Below are positions 29,703 through 39,843 of a stretch of 64,000 nt of DNA, in pieces. Made by a program: the position numbers and the translations under genes. This stretch comes from Candidatus Omnitrophota bacterium (lineage in GTDB: Bacteria > Omnitrophota > Gorgyraeia > Gygaellales > Profunditerraquicolaceae), in the NCBI GenBank assembly GCA_025453445.1, contig JALOQJ010000002.1:6249-70248 (forward strand). The letters are read 5' to 3'. Each line of letters begins with the position of its first letter. The first letter of the stretch is position 1. Below the pieces are notes generated by a model. It searched no databases, was not told the DNA's origin, and worked only from the letters and a program-made list of their open reading frames with translations.

Positions 29703-31421
29703 TTAATCGTTGGCAGTAACGCGATAAATCTCTTCGATAGTAGTGATCCCGGCTGCAGCCTTAATAATACCGTCACTTCTTAAAGTAATTAACCTTCCTT
29801 CTTTAATCGCCATTTCCCTGATTTCCTCCAGAGGCTTCTCCTGAATTACCATACTTCTGATAATATCATCAACCAGAAATGCCTCCAGAAGCGCTATCCT
29901 GCCTTTATAGCCAGTATTGTAACAAACCGAACAGCCCCGGCCGGCATAAAATTTCATTTCTTGGCTTTGGGCGATTCCCAATTCTTTCAATATATTTGCC
30001 GGGGGTGTTTCCACAGGTTCTTTACAATTAGAGCAGATTTTACGGCAGAGCCTCTGGGCGCAAATCAGGATTAATGATGAAGCGACGAGGTAACGCTCAA
30101 CGCCCATATCAATCAGGCGGGCAAAGGCACTTACTGAATCATTGGTATGCAGGGTACTTAAGATTAACTGGCCGATCAGCGATGCCTTAATGGCGATGTC
30201 GGCAGTTTCCGCGTCACGGATTTCGCCGACCATGATAATATCCGGGCTCTGCCTTAAAATACCGCGCAAAGCAGTGGCAAAAGTAAAATCTATATCCGAC
30301 CTGATCTGTGTTTGTCCTATACCATCGAGCTGATATTCTACCGGATCTTCGACAGTCACGATGTGGCGATGAATTTTATTCAGCTCGTTCAGGACAGCAT
30401 AAAGAGTGGTAGATTTTCCGCTGCCCGTAGGCCCGGTAACCAGGATCATTCCATGATCTTTAGAAATACCCTCTTTCAATAAATTAAAGGAATGCTCGGA
30501 AAACCCTAAATCCTGCAATTTAACCGTAATGCTGGATTTATCAAGGATTCTTAAAACAAATTTTTCCCCATAGATGGTTGGCAGGGATGAAACCCGGAAG
30601 TCTAACTGCTTTCCTTTGGTATTCAGCGAAAACCTTCCGTCCTGCGGTATATAGAATCTGGTGATATCAAGGTTGGAGAGGATTTTAATACGCGCGGCAA
30701 TACCCCTCTGGGTTTTTTTTGGCAAAGAATAAATTTTATGCAGGATGCCGTCAATGCGGTAACGGATAGTTAAATCCTCGTCCCCCGGCTCAAGGTGTAT
30801 ATCGGAAGCGCGTTTGGCAATCGCTTCACCAACAATCCGGTTTACCGCTTCAATAATCGGCTCTTTCTGGCTTTCCTGAATAAGATCTGCCGATTCTTCA
30901 TCTTCAGTTTTCTTTACACGGATGATTTCCAGGGCCTCCTCCTGATCGCCTTCGTATTTTAATATCCCAGGCAGGCTCTGAGTTCCCGTATCCGAATAAA
31001 ATGTATTGATACAGTCTGAAATTATTTGCTCTTTAGCTAAAACCTGCTTGACTTCGCATCCCAGCGAAAGGCGCAAGTTATCGATAGTCAAGATATCCAA
31101 TGGCTCGGCCACGGCAATCAAAAGGGTTTTGCCTATTTTATATAAAGGGAAAAATACATGCTTACGCGCCAAGTCCTCGGGGATAGTGGCAATAATTTTA
31201 GGGTCGATTTCATACCTGGAAGGATCAACAAACGGAATATTCAGATGGTAGGAAATTACAGAAAGCAGTTCATCTTCAGACAAAATGCCTTCATTAATAA
31301 GGATTTCTTTTAACTCGCGGCCGGCCTTTCTCTGAATAAACAAAGCCTTTTCCAGCTGTTCAGCCGTGATTTTACCGGAATCAATTAAAACCTTGCTTAA
31401 GTTTAGCTTACTCCTCGGCAT
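29703..31421 (-). CDS. pilB: GspE/PilB-family secretion ATPase (with T2SSE_N domain and C-terminal tetra-Cys Zn site)
   Basis: Walker A GPTGSGKST, Asp and His boxes, CSNCKEP...CSVCYNTGYKGR, 572 aa. Confidence 0.85.
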   Translation of the reverse strand: MPRSKLNLSKVLIDSGKITAEQLEKALFIQRKAGRELKEILINEGILSEDELLSVISYHLNIPFVDPSRYEIDPKIIATIPEDLARKHVFFPLYKIGKTLLIAVAEPLDILTIDNLRLSLGCEVKQVLAKEQIISDCINTFYSDTGTQSLPGILKYEGDQEEALEIIRVKKTEDEESADLIQESQKEPIIEAVNRIVGEAIAKRASDIHLEPGDEDLTIRYRIDGILHKIYSLPKKTQRGIAARIKILSNLDITRFYIPQDGRFSLNTKGKQLDFRVSSLPTIYGEKFVLRILDKSSITVKLQDLGFSEHSFNLLKEGISKDHGMILVTGPTGSGKSTTLYAVLNELNKIHRHIVTVEDPVEYQLDGIGQTQIRSDIDFTFATALRGILRQSPDIIMVGEIRDAETADIAIKASLIGQLILSTLHTNDSVSAFARLIDMGVERYLVASSLILICAQRLCRKICSNCKEPVETPPANILKELGIAQSQEMKFYAGRGCSVCYNTGYKGRIALLEAFLVDDIIRSMVIQEKPLEEIREMAIKEGRLITLRSDGIIKAAAGITTIEEIYRVTAND

Positions 31422-31424
31422 AAA

Positions 31425-33095
31425 TTAATCCGCAGGCGTAACCCGCAGCACCTCTTCTATGGTCGTGATACCAGCGCGGGCCAAAGCCTCTCCTTCTTCC
31501 CTGAGCGTCTTCATTCCCTCGGAACGGGAAATTTCCTTGATTTTTTTCTCTTCCATTTTTAGAGATGCAATAGAAGTTTTAATTTTCGGGGAGATATATA
31601 AAATTTCGGCAAGCAGCACCCTGCCTTTATAGCCTGAGTCCATGCATTCGTTGCACCCGTGCCCGCGAAAATAAGGCTGGTTGGGAATTTTTTCCTTACA
31701 ATGGATACAGATCCTGCGCACTAATCTTTGCGAAATAATACAGAGCACTGAAGCATTAATTAAAAACGGCTCCACCCCCATATCAAGGAGCCGCACTACA
31801 GAGCCTGCGGCAGTAGTAGTATGCAAAGTGCTCAAAACCAAGTGGCCGGTTAAAGCAGCTTTAATCGCAATATCCACGGTCTCAAAATCACGGATTTCTC
31901 CGACCATGATAATATCCGGATCCTGCCTTAAAATAGAACGCAGGCAGCGGCTGAAAGTAAGCCCGGTTTTTAGATTCACCGCGACCTGATTAATACCTTT
32001 AATCTGATATTCGACGGGATCTTCTACGGTAATGATATTTTGTTCCGGGGTGTGGATATATTTTAAGACCGAATAAAGCGTTGAGGTTTTTCCTGACCCT
32101 GCAGGCCCGCAAACCAAAATCATCCCGTGCGGCATATGGGAAACTTTTTTTAAACCTGCCACTGCTTCTTCTTTTAAGCCTAATTTATCAACATCCAAAA
32201 GCCCGGTAGTCTTATCAAGAATCCTGATTGCCGCTTTCTCGCCGGTAATCAGCGGGAAAATCGAAACACGGAAATCTACTTCCCGGTCCCTTAATTTTAT
32301 TTTAAACTGCCCGTCCTGAGGGAAGCGGTGTTCGGCAATATCAAGGTCAGAGATAACCTTAATACGTGAAATGATAAATGGATGAAACGAACGCGGCAGG
32401 CTCTCTATCTGGCGGTACAGCCCGTCGATGCGGAAACGGATACGCGTTGATTCTTCCAGCGGCTCGATAAGTATATCGCTTGCTTTTGATTCAATGGCTT
32501 TATCGAGAATAAAATTGGTGGCTTTAACAATCGGCATCTCCTGCGTAATCTGAGCAAGCTCAGTTAGCTCTACTTCTCCGCGGGTCTTCACCGAAATATC
32601 GGCAAATGCGCTGCCTAAAATATCCTCCATATTCTGCTCTTCGCGGCCGCCGCCACTTTCATTGACAGCATAATAGGTCCTGATTAAAGCCAGCAATTCT
32701 GCTTCCGGTGCAAGCACCGGGTTAATCTGCTGCCCGTGCAATTCTTTGATATCGTCTAAATCAAGGATGGTTACCGGATCAGCCAGCCCAAGAGTAATAC
32801 CAGCTTCGCTTTTCATTAAGGGAAAAATGTTATGCTTACGCGCAACTTCCGTAGGGATGAGTGCCGTGACATCCGAACTGATCTTCAGCTGAGAGGTATC
32901 GACATGCGGGATATTAAGATGGACGTTGATAAATTCAAGCAGGGCTTCCTTAGGGATAAAATTCTTCCCGATTAACAGGCTGCTGAGTTTGCCGCCTTCT
33001 TTTTTCTGGGTGCTGAGGATCTCCTCGGTATGCTGCAAAGTCAAAAAACCCTTTTGCACCAACAGCTGGATTATCTGCCGCTTAGAATAATACAT
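31425..33095 (-). CDS. second GspE/PilB-family secretion ATPase (paralogue)
   Basis: Walker A GPAGSGKTST, CIHCKEK...CNECMDSGYKGR, N-terminal T2SSE_N domain, 556 aa. Confidence 0.85.
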   Translation of the reverse strand: MYYSKRQIIQLLVQKGFLTLQHTEEILSTQKKEGGKLSSLLIGKNFIPKEALLEFINVHLNIPHVDTSQLKISSDVTALIPTEVARKHNIFPLMKSEAGITLGLADPVTILDLDDIKELHGQQINPVLAPEAELLALIRTYYAVNESGGGREEQNMEDILGSAFADISVKTRGEVELTELAQITQEMPIVKATNFILDKAIESKASDILIEPLEESTRIRFRIDGLYRQIESLPRSFHPFIISRIKVISDLDIAEHRFPQDGQFKIKLRDREVDFRVSIFPLITGEKAAIRILDKTTGLLDVDKLGLKEEAVAGLKKVSHMPHGMILVCGPAGSGKTSTLYSVLKYIHTPEQNIITVEDPVEYQIKGINQVAVNLKTGLTFSRCLRSILRQDPDIIMVGEIRDFETVDIAIKAALTGHLVLSTLHTTTAAGSVVRLLDMGVEPFLINASVLCIISQRLVRRICIHCKEKIPNQPYFRGHGCNECMDSGYKGRVLLAEILYISPKIKTSIASLKMEEKKIKEISRSEGMKTLREEGEALARAGITTIEEVLRVTPAD

Positions 33096-33164
33096 TTATA
33101 TGCCTTTGGAAAAAATTATAGCTAAGACCTGAGGATAAGTCAAGGAGTGTTTTGAAAAGGCGGA

Positions 33165-34880
33165 TTATTTAATATCTATGAGGCTGAGGTCTTTGCCAAT
33201 CACCCCGGAAGAAGACATCACTACGAGGCCGATAACTTTCGTCCCCGGGTCTGCATATTGAGCAGTAAAAGACGCCTGTTGGCCTGAAGGCATATCTTTG
33301 CCTGTATCTCCGGACCAAAGATATTGCATCTCAACCGACATACACCCGCTTGCTCCGGAGAAACCAGAAGCAATAATCTGCACCGGAGAGCCTGCCCCTG
33401 CTCCGGAAGGATTCACATTTAAATCCACCCTAGATGTCTCGGGGCTTAAGGGGCCCGGCTTTAAAGCAGCGTCCAAAAATGATTTTAAATTATATTCCAT
33501 CGGCTTAGCTGCGTTAATTTCTTTTATCCTCTCGTTGGCAAAAAATACAGACTCTCCAAAATTGGCTCCTGCTAAATCGATTAATTTATTAAAATATGTT
33601 TTCGCTGCTTCATAATTATTAACCCATTCTGCCAGAATTCCAAGCTGATAAAGCCCGGAAATTACCTGCGGGCTTACTGAATCTTTTTTTGCTAATTTTT
33701 CAAAATAACTTTTCGCTTCATCAAGATCAGTTAATATATAAGCTGCGATAATCCCTGCCTTAAAACAGGCTTCATCAGCATGAGGGCCTTGCGGAAAACG
33801 AGTAGCTAAATCATCATAGAATCTTTTAGCTAAACCATATTCTTTTATTTTTTCAGAATTTATCGCGCGCAGGTACAAGAGGTCTTCGCTAAAAGCATCC
33901 TTACCGCCTATTTCTTCAATTTTTTCAAATATTTTTTCCGCGTATACCGGACTAGACGGGCCTTTAACCTTTCCGCCGTAGGCGGATCCGCCTTCGGCGG
34001 AGTAAGCAAATGCTTTGGCGATTTCAATCAAAAGCGGCAGGGATTTATCCTTTGGGTATTGGATAATTTTTGCCGTATAAATATCATAAATGCTTTGTGC
34101 TAAATCCATACTGCCCTGTTGATAAAATCCCGCGGCAATTTCCTTTAGCCTATCGTCGCTGGTTTCCGAAGAAACCGTTCGGTCCAGATAAATTTTATAG
34201 AATTGTTTTGCCTTAGCTTTTTCTCCCGCAGCGGATAATTCATCGGCAAGGCTCTTCAGCGGCTCTGCATCATTAGTTTCCTTTGCATAGGAAGAAGCAA
34301 AATCCATCAGGTCAACCAACGCAGCCTCGGCCTGAGAACCCTGCTGTTCATAATGGAATTTCCATAAAAGAATACGCGCATAAATTCCCAAGGGATCAGA
34401 GGCATCAATTTGGCTGATTGATTTCTTAAGAGACCCGGTTAACTCATCACGATAAACATTGCCCTGATTAAAATATTCTTCCCAAAGCTGAGCTTCTTCC
34501 AAATGCTCCAGTTGATAATAGCGGCTCAGAGCAATGTAATAGCCTGCTGCCGCAGCAAGCTCTTTTTTTTGCTCCGCCAAAGATTTTAGAAATTCAATAT
34601 ATTCATTATATTTATTTTCCTTGAAATATAAATCGGTTAAATTTTCCAAAGCCGGATAAAGCTCTTTATTGGACTTGGCCTCCATAACCTGCTTAGTCAA
34701 GTCGGCTAACTTTGCATTATCCTGAGCATACGCTAAATGACAAATACCAAAGCACAAAATCCAAAATAAGCACAAATGGCAAATGATAAATGACAAAACG
34801 TTTTGTTTTGAAATTTGAAATTTGAAATTTTGATTTATTTTGTCATTTGAATTTTGATATTTGTCATTAATTTTTCTCAT
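33165..34880 (-). CDS. exported TPR-repeat protein with C-terminal beta domain (hypothetical)
   Basis: Signal peptide ...ICHLCLFWILCFGICHLAYA|QD, TPR-like helices, then a C-terminal beta-rich domain. Confidence 0.55.
   Translation of the reverse strand: MRKINDKYQNSNDKINQNFKFQISKQNVLSFIICHLCLFWILCFGICHLAYAQDNAKLADLTKQVMEAKSNKELYPALENLTDLYFKENKYNEYIEFLKSLAEQKKELAAAAGYYIALSRYYQLEHLEEAQLWEEYFNQGNVYRDELTGSLKKSISQIDASDPLGIYARILLWKFHYEQQGSQAEAALVDLMDFASSYAKETNDAEPLKSLADELSAAGEKAKAKQFYKIYLDRTVSSETSDDRLKEIAAGFYQQGSMDLAQSIYDIYTAKIIQYPKDKSLPLLIEIAKAFAYSAEGGSAYGGKVKGPSSPVYAEKIFEKIEEIGGKDAFSEDLLYLRAINSEKIKEYGLAKRFYDDLATRFPQGPHADEACFKAGIIAAYILTDLDEAKSYFEKLAKKDSVSPQVISGLYQLGILAEWVNNYEAAKTYFNKLIDLAGANFGESVFFANERIKEINAAKPMEYNLKSFLDAALKPGPLSPETSRVDLNVNPSGAGAGSPVQIIASGFSGASGCMSVEMQYLWSGDTGKDMPSGQQASFTAQYADPGTKVIGLVVMSSSGVIGKDLSLIDIK
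34736..34880. repeat. ~140-bp palindromic element overlapping the start codon and signal-peptide coding region (copy A)
   Basis: ATGACAAATA...TATTTGTCAT-type inverted arms. Paralogous to 39711-39845. Confidence 0.6.
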
Positions 34881-36133
34881 TTGGATTTTACCTTTCCTTT
34901 TTTATCGAATTGACTTATGCTCGGGTTTTTCCAAAACTCTCTGATTATATAATAACTTTTTTTAGGAATACGTTTATGCAGGCCGTTTTCCAAATCTTGT
35001 GAAAGAGAAACAATCCCAAACCACTCCTCATTCATATTTTTATTGCCCGGCACTTGTATATCAGAATAATAACTGCCATTGGACCAGTTTGATTCGGTAT
35101 CGTGCACAAGCCAACCTTCAGCATAAGCATCATTATGCTTCCACCATTCATCAGTCCACTCGAACATAAACCCGCCGAGGCAATTACCTTCGCCTTCCTT
35201 GCCATTGGCAAGATTATCAAAAATCTGCCGCCACTGAGACTCCAGGAAAAATGCCTGGATATTCTGGTCTTCTTTATTTAAATAAGCATCGTAGCTGTCC
35301 GCACCGAATTCCGCAATCACTATCGGCCGGTTAAAAGTTGCTTTCAAGGATTTAAACAACGGCCCGAACGTTTTGCCTCGATAAATAATGCAAGCGACTA
35401 AATCTATGTCCGGGCAAAATTGCCCGGCAGTATCCAAGCCTACTAATTCACCGTTTCCCAAAGCAACCGGATGATTCCTATCAAGCATATGGATTTCTTT
35501 GGCAATATTATTTACATAAGAATAATAAATTTTTGCGCGCATAAATTGCTGGGTGCGCGGGTTTATCTCTTTATCTATTTCGTCGGTTGACCAGGGATTT
35601 ACCCGTCCAAGGCAGGAATAATTATTTTCATTGCCTAATATCCAGAAAATGACCCCCGGTTCGTCTTTGTACAGGCGGACCATTTCCAGAATTTCTTTTT
35701 TAATCCGCTCTTCAAACTGTTTATTGCCGTAGAGCGGGCAAGGGTATTCCCAAAAGCCCAGCCAATGCCCTAAAGCAGTGCGGATACCATAAAGATTATA
35801 TAAATCACGGATGGCTTGTTTTACCTTTTCCGGATCCTGCCCTGCCTGATAGATCCTGACGGTGTTGATCCCCATTTCCTGCATTAATTTTCCGTCTACT
35901 AACCACGGCTTGGCAGAATCTGACCACCAGTCGTATTCATGGTTTGCTCCGATAGGTGCGGGGTTATAACAAACGCCCTTGATAATATAAGGTTTATTAT
36001 TAATGATTAATTGATAATGGCCGGTTTTTAATTTATTTATATAAACGCAAGGTTTCTTAGGCTTAACAAGAGAAAAAATTAGGATAAAAACTATTATTGC
36101 GGCAAGTACAGAAAAAAATATTTTCTTGAGCAT
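34877..36133 (-). CDS. clan GH-A-like TIM-barrel glycoside hydrolase (family not assignable)
   Basis: N-terminal anchor. GINTVRIY, ILGNENN (acid/base region) and VIAEFG (nucleophile region). Paralogous to the C-terminal half of 37489..39843. Confidence 0.5.
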   Translation of the reverse strand: MLKKIFFSVLAAIIVFILIFSLVKPKKPCVYINKLKTGHYQLIINNKPYIIKGVCYNPAPIGANHEYDWWSDSAKPWLVDGKLMQEMGINTVRIYQAGQDPEKVKQAIRDLYNLYGIRTALGHWLGFWEYPCPLYGNKQFEERIKKEILEMVRLYKDEPGVIFWILGNENNYSCLGRVNPWSTDEIDKEINPRTQQFMRAKIYYSYVNNIAKEIHMLDRNHPVALGNGELVGLDTAGQFCPDIDLVACIIYRGKTFGPLFKSLKATFNRPIVIAEFGADSYDAYLNKEDQNIQAFFLESQWRQIFDNLANGKEGEGNCLGGFMFEWTDEWWKHNDAYAEGWLVHDTESNWSNGSYYSDIQVPGNKNMNEEWFGIVSLSQDLENGLHKRIPKKSYYIIREFWKNPSISQFDKKGKVKSK

Positions 36134-36146
36134 ATCTCTAGTTTGA

Positions 36147-36180
36147 GCAGGTAGGCGAGGTTTAAACCTCGCCTACCTGC
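36147..36180. repeat. 34-bp perfect palindrome GCAGGTAGGCGAGGTTTAAACCTCGCCTACCTGC
   Basis: Seen directly in sequence. Intergenic, 14 nt upstream of the 34877..36133 start. Its core GAGGTTTAAACCTC is shared with the four palindromes inside the giant ORF. Confidence 0.8.
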
Positions 36181-36210
36181 AAGACTTCCCCCTACCTACT
36201 ACCTACTAGT

Positions 36211-37431
36211 TTATTCGTACCTTATTTCATCCAGATAGAACGTGGCACCTTCCGGATTAGCGTCTAAATTCGATGACCAGCAAAAACCACCGATAATATA
36301 GGAAGCATCTTTACCTTTTAAATCGATAGTATATTGCGTCCACTCTTTGTTTAAAATCACAGGGCCGATAGTGGCAGTATCTGAATCAGAATACTCCCCC
36401 ATAATCCCGCCGATTTTAAACTCTTCGATTCTCTCGCCGCCATTTGCGCCTTTAGCCCAAAAGGTAAGCTTAGTAGCCTTGGAAAGATCGAAGCCGCCGT
36501 CAACTGTTCCCCAGTTATTTGCCGGGTTCAGCCAATAAATACCCGCCCAGCGGGAACCTTGCGTAGCTTTATTATTATAAATAAGCTTTATGCAAGTATC
36601 GCCTAAATAGGGATCTTCTTTATTGACGCCCTCATATTTAATATCGCTGTAATCACCCATGAATCCCGATGCGATAAAATGATTCTTCGGAGAGGAACTG
36701 TCGGAATAAACATAGAAAGGCATGCTTTCCTGTTTGCGGGTTTCCGGTTTCAGCCCTGTATCAACTTCGTATTTTACATCGTCGATGTAAAAAACAGCTC
36801 CGTTTGGATTCTGATCTGCCGAAGCAACCCAGCCAAAACCGCCGCTGATAAAGGAAAGATCCTTGCCTGCAAGATTAATTGTATATTCTTTCCATGTATC
36901 AGTTAATTCAACCGGCCCCATTTCTACCAAAGTCGAATCAGGATAAGCGCCCTTGATTCCGCCAACGACAAACTTCTGAATTACCTCGCCGCCTTTAGCG
37001 CCTCTGGCCCAAAAGGTAAGCTTGGTCATACCGGTTAAATCAAATCCGCCTTTTTTAGAACCCCAGTTATTCGCCGGATTTTGCCAATACATACCTGCCC
37101 AACCTTGGCCTTGGGATTTTTTCGCACTGTAGCTAAATTGCAGGCAGGTTGTGCCGCCATGCGGATTTTCCATAAATTGATCGTTTAATTTGAGATCTCC
37201 GGAATCACCCATCCAACCTGAAGGTATAAAATGATTATCCGCAGAACGCTTATCCGTATAAACATTAAACGCCTTCTGTCCGGCAGGTTGTGCCGCTACC
37301 GCTGCTTCTTCGGCAAAAGCAAAACCTGCAAACGATATAACGCAGGCAAGCGCTAATGCCATGATACCTATTTTTTTCATTTGTTTCCCTCCTTTTATTT
37401 TAGCTGCTTCTAACAAGTAAAAAAATTTCAT
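36211..37431 (-). CDS. secreted protein with two tandem ~170-aa beta-sandwich (CBM-like) domains
   Basis: Signal peptide and an internal duplication (FNVYTDKRSADNHFIPSGWMGD... / FYVYSDSSSPKNHFIASGFMGD...). W- and G-rich. Confidence 0.5.
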   Translation of the reverse strand: MKFFYLLEAAKIKGGKQMKKIGIMALALACVISFAGFAFAEEAAVAAQPAGQKAFNVYTDKRSADNHFIPSGWMGDSGDLKLNDQFMENPHGGTTCLQFSYSAKKSQGQGWAGMYWQNPANNWGSKKGGFDLTGMTKLTFWARGAKGGEVIQKFVVGGIKGAYPDSTLVEMGPVELTDTWKEYTINLAGKDLSFISGGFGWVASADQNPNGAVFYIDDVKYEVDTGLKPETRKQESMPFYVYSDSSSPKNHFIASGFMGDYSDIKYEGVNKEDPYLGDTCIKLIYNNKATQGSRWAGIYWLNPANNWGTVDGGFDLSKATKLTFWAKGANGGERIEEFKIGGIMGEYSDSDTATIGPVILNKEWTQYTIDLKGKDASYIIGGFCWSSNLDANPEGATFYLDEIRYE

Positions 37432-37488
37432 ATCTGTTTTTATTGTACTGCCTCCTTTCTACCTCCTCATTGAGCCCGCTATTACAAA

Positions 37489-39843
37489 TTATTTCCACAT
37501 CTTTTTATATGTATAATAACTTTGCCGTAATTGCCTTAAGAAAGGGCTCAATTTACCGTCGCCCTGTGAATTTAAACCAAACCATTCCTCATGATAGTAT
37601 CCATCAGGAAACGGCCCCATGGCCACACCCCGCGTATCATGAATAAACGGCTCATACTGTTTCCACCATTCATCAAGCCATTCAAAAACAACGCCGCCTA
37701 AAGAATTGCCTGCGCCTGTTTTAAAAGCCATGTTATCTTCGATATCTTCCCATGAGCCTCTATAATATTCTGCTTGCAAAGATTCTGATTCTTCTGTATT
37801 TTTGCCTTGGGCATAAGCAGGGCAGCCAAATTCAGTAACCACCACCGGAATATCTGCTGCTTCTTTTGCCTGCCGCCATAAAAATCCGAATCCGTAATTA
37901 CCGCGGTAGGCATTAACTCCCACAATATCTATATTGGGTGCATCTTTGCCTAATTTATCGAGGAATAAAATATCTCCGTTACCGATAGCTACAGGATGAT
38001 CCGTGTCAATTGCCTTAATTGCCAGCGCTACTTCATCGGCAAATTTGAAAAAAGCATCCGGTTCTTTGTCGGCATTGCAGGCATAGCCATAGACATTTTC
38101 ATTGCCTAAAAGCCAGAATAAAACATACGGCTCGCCTTTAAATTCCTCAACCATCCCCAGCACTGATTTTTTCATCTTCTTTTTCTGCTCGTCATCGGTA
38201 TAATCCGTGCCGGGATTCCATTGGGCGCCTGAGCCAATAGCATACTTGCCGAAAAAATCGCCCATGATTACCATTATACCATATTTTTCGTACATGTCCC
38301 TGAGGAGTTCTTTGTCCACTTTAAAGGGCTGATGATAAAGCCGAATAGTATTGACGCCCATTTCTTTCATTAATTTAAAATCACCTACTGCCGGCTCATC
38401 TTTATCCTGCAGATTATTCATATTTCTGTCCACAAAAGCCTCGTAAGGCCCGTCGATTATGCCGTTCTGATTAAAATCGTCTTCCATCCAGTTGGTTTGC
38501 GTGCCATTATCCGGAGACTGGCCTACTTTGGTAGGAGTATATGTCACTCCTTTGACTACATAAGGCTTACCATGGACAATCAACTCCCAATCACCGGTTT
38601 CATATTGAAGCAGATGTACTTTGCCTTTGCCGCGGCGTTTTTTCACACTTAATAGATTCCTGTCCGGCTTGGATTTTAATTTCTCAAGCGGTTTAATTTT
38701 AATAAATGCCCCCGGATTAACTACTGCAATATCATTGGAAACATCATTATCAAAACCATTGATAATTTTAATATCCGCATCAGCTAATTTATAGCCTATC
38801 TGCGGATTGTTTTTCAGCAAATAATTTATTTTGGCAACTGCTGCTTGGCCTAGGTACCAAGGGGTATGCCAATAAGTCCAGCCATAACTGCCGGGGAAAT
38901 GCACGACAATAGCATAGTAACATTTAATCGCATGCTTGATCAGGCCGGATTTTTCAAGCATTTGCGCAGTATAAAAAAGCCGCACACCCTGTGGCTCAGA
39001 GGAAGTTGCCCATTTTAAGAATGCTGCTTCCAAGTCAGGTGAATGCAGAAAATCCCAGTGTGTACCTTCAAGCCTTTTTTCTTTTAATGCCTTTTTGAAT
39101 TCCGGATCCCAGCGTATCGAGGTAGTGTTAGGAAAAATCCCTTCCCCAACAGCAGCGCTTAAACCCTCCTGATCATTAATTGCGTATTTATAATCTTTGG
39201 TCCCCACATTCTGAAATTCACCGTATTTTTCATAATTCACAATGTCTTCTTTGCCCGGGTCATATAAAACTATTTTTGTGGAAAGCTGGCTTACTTTTGG
39301 CAGAACCTGTTTAGGCGGCGTTTGGCTGGTGCGGCCCTCTAGCTTATCAATACTTTCTTGGGCAGTCTTGGAAATTTGCCAAAACCAGCCGCGCTGATCC
39401 CAAGCTTGCGCATAATTATATTTATCAATGATAATTTTAAAAGTTTTAACTGCTTCTTCTTTCATCTGGCGCTGCATGTAAGACTCAGCCTGAATAAAAT
39501 AAGCAGTGGCAACGTCATTTAAAACTTCCACCGCTTCAATTTCCCGCTTACCTTTAGGCAGCTCTTTTAACGAAGCTTGTTCCTTATCAGCCTCTAAGCT
39601 ATATAGATTAATGCACTCTTGGGTATATTTAAAGGTAGCCTCAATATCACCCTGACCATGTACCGCCCAGGCCTTAGTGATTAACTCACCGGAAGATGGC
39701 TTAGCATCTTCAGCGTATAAATGACAAATACCAAAGCACAAATGACAAAATAACACCAAAACACAAATACCAAATAACAAAACTTTAGTTTTGATATTTG
39801 GTATTTGAAATTTGGATTTATTTTGTGCTTTGAATTTTGTCAT
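37489..39843 (-). CDS. exported TPR-like + clan GH-A-like hydrolase fusion protein
   Basis: Signal peptide ...FCHLCFGICHLYA|ED. C-terminal half carries GVNTIRLY, LLGNEN and VVTEFG motifs paralogous to 34877..36133. Confidence 0.55.
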   Translation of the reverse strand: MTKFKAQNKSKFQIPNIKTKVLLFGICVLVLFCHLCFGICHLYAEDAKPSSGELITKAWAVHGQGDIEATFKYTQECINLYSLEADKEQASLKELPKGKREIEAVEVLNDVATAYFIQAESYMQRQMKEEAVKTFKIIIDKYNYAQAWDQRGWFWQISKTAQESIDKLEGRTSQTPPKQVLPKVSQLSTKIVLYDPGKEDIVNYEKYGEFQNVGTKDYKYAINDQEGLSAAVGEGIFPNTTSIRWDPEFKKALKEKRLEGTHWDFLHSPDLEAAFLKWATSSEPQGVRLFYTAQMLEKSGLIKHAIKCYYAIVVHFPGSYGWTYWHTPWYLGQAAVAKINYLLKNNPQIGYKLADADIKIINGFDNDVSNDIAVVNPGAFIKIKPLEKLKSKPDRNLLSVKKRRGKGKVHLLQYETGDWELIVHGKPYVVKGVTYTPTKVGQSPDNGTQTNWMEDDFNQNGIIDGPYEAFVDRNMNNLQDKDEPAVGDFKLMKEMGVNTIRLYHQPFKVDKELLRDMYEKYGIMVIMGDFFGKYAIGSGAQWNPGTDYTDDEQKKKMKKSVLGMVEEFKGEPYVLFWLLGNENVYGYACNADKEPDAFFKFADEVALAIKAIDTDHPVAIGNGDILFLDKLGKDAPNIDIVGVNAYRGNYGFGFLWRQAKEAADIPVVVTEFGCPAYAQGKNTEESESLQAEYYRGSWEDIEDNMAFKTGAGNSLGGVVFEWLDEWWKQYEPFIHDTRGVAMGPFPDGYYHEEWFGLNSQGDGKLSPFLRQLRQSYYTYKKMWK

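Noticed and set aside
34800-34835. AAATTTGAAATTTGAAATTT microsatellite-like tract
   Set aside because: It is part of the palindromic leader element reported above, not an independent simple-sequence repeat.
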